A DNA stretch of 59,393 nucleotides, the filler included, from Platydemus manokwari (taxonomy: Eukaryota), in the NCBI GenBank assembly GCA_037951405.1. It is 5 parts of 5 records of this genome, joined end to end, with 100 filler letters (N's around TTAATTAATTAA, not from the genome) between each part and the next. Parts side by side here need not be neighbours in the genome. Positions count along the whole stretch, not along the records: positions 9,130 to 29,111 come from JBBMOY011678066.1; 4 more parts are not named here. One strand, written 5' to 3'. A program made the translations under genes and the position numbers. The notes under the pieces are model-generated. The model saw only the letters and a program-made list of their open reading frames with translations, had not been told where the DNA came from and did not search any database. Position 1 is the first letter of the stretch. Each line of letters begins with the position of its first letter. Below are positions 11,804 to 23,728 of the stretch, one piece after another.

Positions 11804-14800
11804 GTCCTGGCATTATTAACGCATCGGTAGAAATATTTGATAATCGCTCGACGAATTTGAGGAATAAATTCTTCGAATCGACAGCGATCGGTTCAAATGA
11901 CAACAAAGTCGACGGTAAAACGGAACAGTTAAAAGTGAAAATCGATTTTACTGAATCAGCTCCGAATTTGTTGAGTGACAAATCGATGTCTGATCTGAAA
12001 TCTCAACCCAGAAAAAGTGCAATGAAAAAGAGTGCTCATACAATGACGTGAGAAATTGTTTGACTTATTTATGATGAGATTATGATGCTTAGCTAATTAT
12101 TTTGTGTGGTGTTGATTATCGCTTATGGCTTCAATTCTTAAACCCATATTAATAAGCATACCGAAATAATCCCATGTCATTTCAAAGTTGAGTCTCGAGT
12201 CAAGTCAAGATGTCAAACTGCAAATGTTCTTTAAAAGTTGGAAGAGTAAAAATAGGAAAAGAAATCAATCATGTAATTTATACATTGGATTTATGAGATG
12301 ATGGCGTTAATTATTTGGCTGAAGACATTACTTGAGAATTTTGATGGTTTTGAAGCCTTTCGAATTTTCTGAATCACCTTCTTCTGAAACGCATAAAGTG
12401 TGACAGATGATATTGTCCTATGAAGTGTTAAAGATTCAAAGAGCTTTGTCTGGCAAGTGTTATCATTTTTTCATTTGTTCATGGAGTGAGGAAACATTGA
12501 ATCATCTCCGTACTAATAGGTTTATCTCTTATTTGAAAATCTTATCCATGAATCACGTTATTAAGGATATCTTATTGCTGGTGATGACAAATTCGAGTAG
12601 AATGACAGATATTTTATATCGCTAGATGTTTGGCTAACATTTTGGTACTGTTCTCTTGAATGCTCATGATATTGATGTGCTAGTGAGAATTATGTGGGAG
12701 ACCCGGTATCCATTGATCAATAAATCAATTATTATAATTCCTAAATAAAATCTAAAACCTTCGAGAAATGAGAGAAAAGGATGTCGAAAATACAAAATAA
12801 ATCAGAAAATAATACAGTTCTGAAAATGTTACCAATCAGTTCCACATTATATCGATTCTATGGCCATGAAATCAAATTCTCTCCTTAAATTATTGATATG
12901 GAAAAACTATCAATTAATTTTCAACTAATCCATTACCCATTGAGCTCTTTTGAAATTTATACACCAATGGTGTATATTAAGAAAAAATATCACGTTTTAT
13001 CTCAACATAAAATTAGCTACCATTGTTTAGGCCATAAGCAGAACAATACAAAAATACTGACTACTTAAATTTCAAATCGGGCCTCTTAATAAAGATCTAA
13101 AGAAAATGATAACTCTTTTAAATGCTTCATGATTTTCATTAAGTTCTGTTAAAGTTTGTGAAGAAATGCTCAAGCACTACCTAGCAAGTTAAAGTTGATA
13201 CTTACAGATTTATAGCTGATTATAATTATTTTTAATAATTTATTAATTCTTTATAGATAATTTTAATTCCGTGATTTTACTTTTAAATAATATGAAGATT
13301 TACTGTGACATCCACACGGGGTGATTGTAGCGATGTTTGTACAGTAAATGATGACAATTTGGCTCCATTAATCCTGCTTATAGCTTTGATTTTCAACCCC
13401 GAAACTCTGCATTTCACCATGGTTTCTGTATTGGATTTACAATTAAATTTTGAGATTTTTAATTTGTGCCTTATTCGATCAGCTTTTCTAAACTGATTTG
13501 TTATTGTGAGATCAACCAATGATAATTTATCGATTTTCTGTCTATTATTTTGCAATTTATTGGATTGAAAATAACTCGGACATAAAATCAATCGATTATA
13601 AAAATGATTGATTTTCCATTTTTAAAATTAAATTAATGATATTGATTTAATTAATTTTTTATTTAAATTTATAATTAAAATGACTGCAAACTGATGGATC
13701 CAATATTGATAAATACCAAGAAATAAATAATCTATTGGTTTAAATAATCTAATCAATTTCGATTTATAATTTTGCTTTTTCGATCATTTCGTGATATTGA
13801 TTATTATTATTGATATTATTTTAATAGCGAAATATTGTTGTAAAATTAATTTTAAAAATAATTTCGATAATCATAACAAGCTTAATTTTTAAAAATAATG
13901 AAAATGAATGGTTTTTTATGGAATTATTTTATCCAATGAAATTGAAGGATTTAAAAATCAAGGCAATACAAATGACTCATCATAATAGTTGTGTAGCTGG
14001 TATATCGGATGTTCAAATAAAAATTCGAATTGAGATTAAATAAAATCTGAATTCGTTAAATGAGAAATTCTTCATTTGATTTTTCGAGGGTGTTTATTGA
14101 TTTTCGCAAGTTGATGTTTAGGCTAAATTTAACACTCGAAGCTCGAGTTTTATTTGGTTTTTTTTTACTTTTTCATTCATGTTTTTTCAAATAGATAATA
14201 TTTAAAAAACCAATCTAAATAATAGGCAGAAATCCTGAGAGAGAAACAAGCGATTGGAGAAAATGTGTTGTATATTATTTCAAAACAATTACAAAATTAG
14301 TTTTGATCGAGATCCAACTTAGTTTGTTCATTAACCAACTCAAATCCCAATAAATTATTTATTTTATTTAATAGGAATTCATAATACAGTATATCGATTA
14401 TATTTTATATTTGCGAAAGAAATACATACGGCATTATTGATTTCTCACACTTTCTCATGTTACTGCTGAGTAAATAGCTAATATTATTTAAGATATTATA
14501 AAGCAAATTTTGAAAAGAATAAAGGTTAATAATATCATTAGGGCGTAAAATCCTGATAATCAAACCAAGATCTCTTTGAATTTAAGTGTAATATCCTTTT
14601 GGCAGTCATTTCTTTGCGGTCATCAAATCCTAAATTTCCTCAAGGATAAATTCAAGCCACCTGCAACTTTTCCCCTGCTTTCGTTATCTCATTCCTCTTT
14701 GCCATAGGAATCCGTTATCTTGAGACAGACTTCTTGGAAATTTTCATTTGTCGCTATGAGAAATGAATTCGGATTAATTTCACACATTTCACTCCTTCAA

Positions 14801-17800
14801 TTTGTTTAAATATTTTTCCTAAATCCGTCACCTTTCTAAATCTGATCACAAGATCAAATCGATTAATTTCGATTGCAATCACATTGGAAAGTACAAAACA
14901 AGGTTATGATTACAAATGATACAAATAAACCGATTGATGATGGAATTTGCAATAATATTCTGTAAATCACCCGATTAAACGTTCAATAAAGTATCGCAGT
15001 ATTTAATAATCTATCTAATTAGATACAATCATTATTTACAGATAATTACATCATTTGGTGTGATGAATCTATTTTCTGGAAACATCTTCTTTGAAAACAA
15101 ATGTCAAGATCATAAAGTGCATTCAGCACTCAGAAGGATGAAAATAAAATTAAATTTTTTACCAATCACAAAGAGCGACAATTTTTTAAAAAAGACCACT
15201 GTTTTATGGTGTTGCTGTACACATTATTAAAGTGATCGATTCAAATAAAATGTTCTAGAATTTGATTTGGATAAATTATTGATGATTTTCTTTTAATATT
15301 TTTCTAAAAATGGTTTTATTGATTTTTTAAGAGTTTATTTTTAACTTTCATATCCTAATAATATATTAAATGATCTTATTAAAATCAATGATATTAAAGT
15401 AGACAGTATTCTCCGACTGCAGTTGAAAACAATGTAGCGACATCAAAACTGCTATCCAACGAAGCTGCATCTTGCCTTCTTAATAGAAATCCAGTGGAAA
15501 ACACGGTCGAATTGGATGATGAGGACGTTCCAAAATCTAACTTATCATCAAAAGTAATTCAGTGATGAGATTTTCTTTCATAAAATAAACTGTCATCAAA
15601 GATCAAAAGAAATGATAGTGTTGCTTTAATGTTGGAAAAAAACCGAAAGAAATCTTCAGATGTATCAGCTTTAACATCGCCATCAGTGGCTACGAGAACA
15701 GCTTCTTTCAATAATGTACTGACCCCTCATCCGGTCGTTGTAAACATTCGACGTTCACAGACAGTCAATGATGCTGATTACAGTATGATGAGTGCCGAGA
15801 GAAAATTAGAGAGACAACAAATCGAAACAAATTTATCGAGAAGAATCAGTCAAAGGCCTACATTTGAAGATTTGACGAATAGGAATATTATATATCGTAA
15901 GTGACTAAAGGAATTGCAATTAAAAATAACTTTTTTGTTTATAAAATATATCCGATATACCGTTAAAATCCTGTAAAAATGCAAGCTTTATTCGAGCCAT
16001 TATTATCGTATAAGGTAAAATATTGATAATATATTGATAAAAATTATAGTGTATTGATTGCGAAACGTGCTGGATTAATACGTGAAATTTTTGAGCCAAT
16101 GCTGCTTCTTATCTGCATTTTGAATTTAACGAGTGTCATCAGTGAGTACACAAAAAATTCTTAATTTTTTGAAATTGTTTGGCAATTCTTTTGGTCAAAT
16201 CACTGTGACCGATGTTCAATATTAGTATATAACTGCAACAGAAACATTTAATTGTCACAATTAGAATCTCCTATATCTGTTACCGCCCTTGTAAAACCTT
16301 GTATGGTTAATTTCTTAATAGAACTTTTTCGTCTTCATCGCATCAACGTTTTTTCAAATTCTCTCTTCTCAATTGTTCTAAAACTGTGATGGGAAATATT
16401 TTTCTCATCAGAATTTCGAATAACAAATATTTGGTTGAGTTTTGGTAAGTCTTATTAATGATGAACTCGTTGCTTAGTATCATCATTGAGCATTTTAGAT
16501 TTTATTGCAAAATGTATATTTCTGAGCCTTTTCACGTTTGAAACCAGTTTCTTAACGAAACCATGAGTAAATCTTCCTTCTGAATTTTTCCAAGAGATTC
16601 AGGCAAATTAGGCTTATGTCAGGGCTTTGATTAACTTATGTATGCATTCTAATGTTTAATAAAACACTGCGGGTATAAAGATTGACTTATTCTTGATGAA
16701 ACATCGCCATTGGAAAGTTTCTTCTACTCAAAATTTGATATTGATGTTTTAAGTTCACCTGATAGGTTTGCCCGTCTTTTATATAAGTTAGAGTTTAGTG
16801 ACCCGTGTGAGTTATAATATTTTTTCATTTTTCATGTACCATGTTATAGTTTTTTTCGTGGCTATTTTTGATCTACTTCAATATCATTAGCCTGGCTCAA
16901 AACTGATCTAATAGCTCCAGAAAAATTTGTTTCCTTTCATATTGAATAGTCAAAATAGGTGGAATTTCTAGTGGTTGTTGCATTCATCCGATTACTCAAT
17001 CTCCTTCTCCAAACCAGGCAAATACGTAACTATAATCGTGAAATTTCTGATGAAATTCCAATAATAATCACAGATACTTAAACATGAACTAACTGATGCC
17101 AATCTGGGATCACAGCATCTTGGATTTTCTTGATTTTTTCATAATTGGTTCGAATACCCTCCGGGCGAATCTAAAATATAAATTACTGTCTGTTAAATAC
17201 TCGCTTTATGAGCTTACTTTTATACAAGGTATTTGGATCATTTAGAAGCTACGAAAAATAATCTAGTTACGCTCATTCTTTGAGTTTCTTCAATCATCAA
17301 CTTTCAAATGAATTGGATGACATCTTGGGTATCGATGCTACAGAAATAGTTGTACTTTATTAAATCTTTGGAGGTTTGTCTGCAACTTTAATTCTTTCAT
17401 TAATTTTGATTTTTTTGTCGACTTCTGATTCATGGATCGTTTTAATTTCCACTAAAAATATGTAACAACTTTTCATCATATCGATACCTTCAACAAAACC
17501 TGTACTGATGATTTTAAAACTTACTGTTTCCTCATGCTCTTATTCTAAAATACTACTACTACTTCTAAAATACTACTCCTTCTAAATACTACATATGAAT
17601 ACTTGAGAAAGCTCCTGACAATCTGGCATCTGAATTTTCATTTTATGATGTCCAATACTTATCGAAACACCGACGCTGATTTCATAAATTTTGTCCCATA
17701 CAATTCATACAATACATTTCCTTTCATTTGCCTTCTGGATTATATTCTTGCCCTTTACTAATCTCCTCTCATCTAAATCACATAAATTTTCCTTCACATC

Positions 17801-19693
17801 CGGACTGATTCCATCTCACTGAAGTGAGATAACAATCGAAATTTGCTACTAGTAGTTCAACATTGTCAATAAATTCTTCACTTTTATTATCGATATATTG
17901 TTATATTGTTAAAATATATTGGAATGATTGTTATGAGTTGCATAACCCATTGTTCACGATTTGGTATTGATTTTCATTGAGTGTTCTGTGAAAATGGATT
18001 ATTTTTAGGTAAGCCTGAATCAGAAAGAATTGAAGAACGGGAACATTTGAAAACTCTCCTATCCAATAAAGTAAAATTTAGTTTCGTTGTTTTCATTTTC
18101 ATAATTGTTATTAATCGATTGTTATTAATCGATATTGTTCACTGGCGAAGTTTAGATTTCACAAAAGATAATTTAATATTCAATAACACTGAATTAGAAA
18201 GAGAATTAGCTAAAAACTGTAACCAACTTGTTTTAAAATTTTGTTGAATCGCTACCACGGGGGTTATGTTATCATAGCGAATATATTAAGGGGCATTTGA
18301 TCAAATGAAATACATTTTATAAATCCTGTCTTAAATTGTGTGTACAAGTACAGAAGTAATTCTTTATAATGCCGTGTTTTCAATGATTGGCTTAACGAAA
18401 GTGTTTTAATAAAGAGATCATAGCTATACCGCTAATACCGATTTGGTGGCATATGAAGCAAGAATTGTAATACATCATTTGACAGAAAATTGAATATTCG
18501 TTATGTAGGAAGTTATTTTAAAATTATTTTTTCTTTCATTCTAAAGTCCCAAGTAGGTTAAGGTTATATCCTGTAAATTTATTTTCTCTCCATATTTAAC
18601 TGGCATTAATCATTATGTGAGACTTCGATACAAGACACAGTTTTGGATGGAAAGATAATTTCACAAAATTTTAAAGACTTTATATATATGTCTGTGTGTG
18701 TATGTCTGTATCTGTGTCTGTATATACAAGCCCCACGTCAATCAATTATTTTACTCGTTAAACTTTTATTGTGTCAATAACATTTTTCCAACCTGTTTAG
18801 TTGTCGCGACGGCCGACCGTCGAAGAATTGAAATCGAGGCAGATTTTAAGATTCAAAGATTACATTGAAGTCACTCAAGCTGACGATTACGATAGAAGGA
18901 GCGAAAAACCTTGGACAAGGCTTACTCCGAAAGATAAGGTTGTTTGATTTGGTTTTGGGGTTTTTGTTTATTTCAATGAATGCTGGTCATATGAACGTAT
19001 GAGAACGGTATAATCAATAATTTAAAAATTTCCGAAGCTCCTTTGTGCTACATCACACCTTAGCTAACAGGCACGTTTTACATTTGTTGGTCCTGATTAT
19101 GTTGTGCTTCTGGTCCTCAGAAAAATACAATGAAATTATATATCCATAATAATTATTATTATCAATAGTCGTGTTATTGATAATATATTCATGATCTTGA
19201 ACTAGTAATCTTGATTACATGTATCGAGCTCAAAGAGCTCTGTAATGAAATTCTGTTAGTCTTTTAAAACTTCTCAATGCGTGAAATTAATTAATAAATA
19301 ATTAGAAATGAAAATCACCGCAATCCAAAATTTTCCGGAAGTAAGCAGCATTATTTGAACTCTATTGGCTTATTAGATCAATAAAATATCGATCAAATTG
19401 TTGTATAGATTATTGTAATCAATTTGAAATGAGGGATTTTTCTCTGTCGGGTTATTGAGATTGTTTCACCTCAATATTTTCAACAATCATGCACATGATT
19501 TGCAGATGGTATTATTTTCGGTTAATCAATATTTTTCCTAGGCTATCATTCGACAAGAATTAAATGAGTTCAAATCACAAATGGAAGTTCATACGGACAG
19601 TAAAAAGTATACGAGGTCAGTCAATAATATTCCAGTAAATAATCAATTAATTTATGAACTTGTTTTTCTAATTTCAGATTTCATAAATCATGA
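11804..19693 (+). CDS. PHACTR: Phosphatase and actin regulator (PHACTR family), 5'-incomplete, at least 325 aa
   Basis: Phase-consistent GT-AG exons: 11804-12047, 15403(or 15400)-15553, 15602-15896, 18009-18070, 18801-18938, 19542-19615, 19678-19693 (TGA). The protein has [25 protein letters not shown] repeats [20 protein letters not shown] and [20 protein letters not shown], and the PHACTR PP1-binding tail [60 protein letters not shown]. The start exon was not identified. Confidence 0.95.
16000..17850 (-). mobile_element. Decayed Ty3/gypsy pol (RT thumb / RNase H) inside a PHACTR intron
   Basis: Minus strand at about 17020-17170 reads [22 protein letters not shown], then after a frameshift [23 protein letters not shown] (cf. 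GIxxDPxKIxAI...VRSFLGLxxYYRxFIxNFS). GAIRSVLSQ (cf. GLGAVLSQ) follows at about 16890-16920. Boundaries are approximate. Confidence 0.6.
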
Positions 19694-21919
19694 CCAATCC
19701 CAGATGTCGTTTTTGAAATGACCAAGTCACTTTCCAAACTTATTTTTTCAATATTTTCTTCTTTTGAAAAAAAATCAAAAATGGATTGTTAATTGTTTTA
19801 TTGATGAAAGAAAAATTTTTTAAAACCCGATTTCTTTTTTTGATATTGATTACTGTTGTTTGGGGGACAATTTGTTTACCGTGTTGGTAGTGATGATGAT
19901 ATAATCGATCAACGTACAGAAACGGTCGAAAAATCGGGATACTAATGTCATCGATAAATTAAATCCAAATACAACCTGACATATGAAAAACAATAAGATA
20001 ATCTAGATTATAGAAGTGGGTTTTGGTAGCAAGTTATGATTAATCGAAATAGATCTGTCAATCTTTCTTTAGCTGCTTATCGTACAACCTAATCAAATTG
20101 TTTGCGAATCATTTTTTTTTGTTTTCAATGCTTCCAATCAAATTAGAGACAAAATTAGAATTTTCCCGAGCAAAATAAATCGCAAATTATATAGGGTAAA
20201 TGGCGAATTGATTTTTATATTGATGTGACATTAAGCAAGTATTGATGTTGAGAAAGATAATGATAAGCTTTTCAATGTCCACCACCCAAATGCTACACAA
20301 ATAAACAACCGATACCCATCAGTATGGCTTACTTAATTTAATACAACGCGAACATAAAGATTAAATGCGTTGAGAAGCACTGCTGGTTTGGCACAACTGT
20401 GTCACGGAAATAGAATTTTCAGCTTTATTAAATCCGATGTATTAAAACAATATTTATGAAGTATATAACACTTTAAAATGGTTAATTTAATAGAATTATA
20501 TATTTCACATGAATAACTACTCTATGACAACTATTAGGATTATCCATCGATTTATCAATATTTTAAATAATAATTTTTTAAAATAAAAATAGATTCTTAT
20601 CAATTAATTGATATCATTTTTTATGGATTTATTTTCTATTCTTAGCATTAAGAATATTGATTATTGTATTATTAATATTGATTTAAATACAATTGATTGA
20701 GATGCTTTTTGTCAAAATTGTTTTCTCATTCTCTTAATCAAGGTCGAGTTTCAATAGAATTTCGTGTCGAATCGAATTTTTCCCCTGTTCCATAAAGTTC
20801 TTTTTCTGAAAATTTTCTCTGAAAACAAGGTTATCTCTGAATAGAGGTTCATCATTGGATTTCGATGTCATAATTGGCGAGTTTCTAGATTATAATTATA
20901 TTTTGCTAAAAGGAATTTTCTCAAAATATGGACAGGAAAATTTTAGATTTGTTTATCAATATTGTAGAAAATAAAATGTGCTCAATATTACAAGAATATT
21001 TTTCTGAAAATTCAATATAATCCACATAATATCGATTCATTTAAGGGATTTATGTCGATAAAACATGACTTATTACGTGTCTCGGAATCAGGGCAACTCC
21101 AAAGACGGCCATAAATTAATATTTATAAGCTGGTATATACTGGACTGTTTTCCACCTGATTATTGTTAAATTATATTGTTGCAGACAAAAGTAAAAATCT
21201 GTTTAAAAAGTGTTTTTATCAATAATTGAATATCAATATTCTTAATTGACGAATGAGATAATTCGAGTTTTTATCACTCATTTCTCTATTTTGCTTATGG
21301 AATGTACTAGCGCTGTATTTTTATATATTTTCCATGACTTAAGGAGATGATAATATAAACGAATTTCGCAACCCGATAATGAAAGCAAGAATTAATTTCT
21401 TCATACGCGATGTCGGTAATTTAATCAATATAGGCAACTTAAAAATTGTCCAAATAAAACATTGAAACAATCAATAAATAAAATTTATTAATTAAAATAC
21501 TGAATTGTAAAGAAAAACAAAAATCTTTGTTTGATTTTAAATGTATAATAAATGATGTGGAGAAACTCTGTATTTTTACAGGAAAAAGTATTTGGTTTAA
21601 TTGTTCCAGTCATACTTGATATAATTTTTATTATCGATTATATTAAACGGTTTCTTTGATAAATGGACTAGAAAATAAAATCGGATGAATATTCGAGACA
21701 GACGTTAACACTATCTCTATTTTAATCGATTCAAAACAAAAACATCATTGTAAGAGAGACGAAGTAGCATGATTCATACTGAATTATGTACCGTGTGATT
21801 CCATCTCTAAAACTAAAATGAAACAACAATGAGAACAAACTAAATGTGTTGAGTTACTTTAATCCACAGCAAAACACAATGACAATAAGAACAAATAACG
21901 GTAAATAATAAACATTTCC

Positions 21920-22510
21920 ATAGCAACTGTTCAAAATGTATACCATCTTGCTCCAAACAGAGATTGTATCATTTCCTGAATCTTGAATAACATTTACAGA
22001 CGAATTCTTGATTATTTTTTATTAATTCGTGTGAAAATGCTTCTTCAAGTCTGTTGAGCGTTGTATAATTGCTATGGATTGCATTAACTCGACCTTTAAT
22101 ATAGCTTCATAGCCAAAAGGTCAATATCCTGAGGTCTGGAGATCTTGGTGGCCATTCCTTTGGTCCTCCATGACCAATTCATCGCTGTGGAAAATGTTGA
22201 TCAAGATATTGTCGTGTTGGAATACTGAAATGTGGATATGCACCATAGTATTGATACCAATGTTGATTATCATTTCCAATGAAGGACAACATTCTCTTTT
22301 ACAAAATTTACCACCTTTTAATTCATGATTTCATCAGACGGTCTTATTGATCGTAACCTAGTGGATAAGTTTCCAGTTTCTTCAAACTTCTTTTTTCCAG
22401 TATTGCATTATTGTCCTGGCTGGTAGTCTACGATTGAACTGGTATTGAAATTCTTGGAACGCTTTGACAGTACTCTGGTACACTAATGCACTCTATCTGC
22501 ATGCGAAAAT
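21920..22510 (-). mobile_element. Decayed Tc1/mariner transposase, rosa (DD41D)-like, internally deleted
   Basis: N-terminal HTH PARTIMQYWKKKFEETGNL...RP, then WYQYYGAYPH...YLDQHFPQR*IGHGGPKEWPPRSPDL...SYIKGRV...CLEQDGIHFEQLL. Contains in-frame stops. Confidence 0.88.
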
Positions 22511-23728
22511 TGAAAATCTGCAGCTCCTTCCGCCATATTGTAATAATGCAACTGATTAATAAGAAATAAAGCGCATTAATCAATGAATAATAACTAATAT
22601 CAATGAGTATAAATATGTGAGTATAAATCATATTGTGTTTTGTCGTTATTTTAGTTTTAGAGACGGAGACTTATGAATCACACGATATATATAAATTATT
22701 CACCATTTTGTATGCCGGTTAATTTTGTTAGCGCGATCATAAAGACTCCAATTTCAACGATAGTTACACATTTATATGACTGAGAGCGCAAATCCTGGAT
22801 AAGTGTGTATTTATAAAGTTTACTAGTCTGGTCTAGAAAAAACCAATTAATGTACATGAGAATGTGTTATTTATCGAGCATTTAATGGGTGTAGCTGTGT
22901 ACCAATGACGATTTTCAATGTCCGGTATTAAAAAAAAATATTCTAAAATCTTAAATAAAATCTATACATTATGTTTTCAAACAGATTCATGGTGAACCCT
23001 TTCCAAAATGGTTCCCAATGCATACATATTAAGTGTAATTTATTCCGTCCAATGTTAATTTTCTTCTAATATCACTGATTTCAACTTTATAGTTTTTCTC
23101 AAATCTAAATTGCTATAATAAAAAAGGATTCTGATTATGAGAAGAACTTGGCTGGATAACGAAAACCCACACAACGTACGTGTGATAACATTGACAGACT
23201 GTTTACGTGCTTAACTACACAAGTCACCACCACACTAATTTCATTTCGAACAGAATCGTGTGCGATTTGATAACTCAATTAGAAAACAAAATTTTAACTT
23301 ATTTTCGAATCTGCTACAAACCCACTGTGATAAAATCTTTTTCAGTATAAACACCGAGGAATTTCTATAAACATACAACATTTCTTGCACAAATTATCTG
23401 CCAATGCAGTCTGCCAATCATTGTGAGTGTACATAAAAAATCGTCAGAAAATAATTAGGCCAAATAAAATCTATCAATATGGGAATATTTTAGAATTTTT
23501 TTTCATTCAAAACTTCAGTCAATATTGACACAAGAAAAATGTACTTTCAGATCGATATATTTCGCTCAAATGGATTTATTTAACACAGAACAGTGAAGAA
23601 TCTCAAAAATCAAATCAGATATAATTAAATGTCGATTCAATAGCGAATCCAGTGATTCAAGTGCAAATCATCATGATAAAGATAAAAATATCTAATCAAT
23701 AAAAATATGTATTGCAGCATTGTCAAAA

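Noticed and set aside
14560-14720. Faint LINE-like peptide remnants (also 50040-50190)
   Set aside because: Too degraded to assign without a database search.
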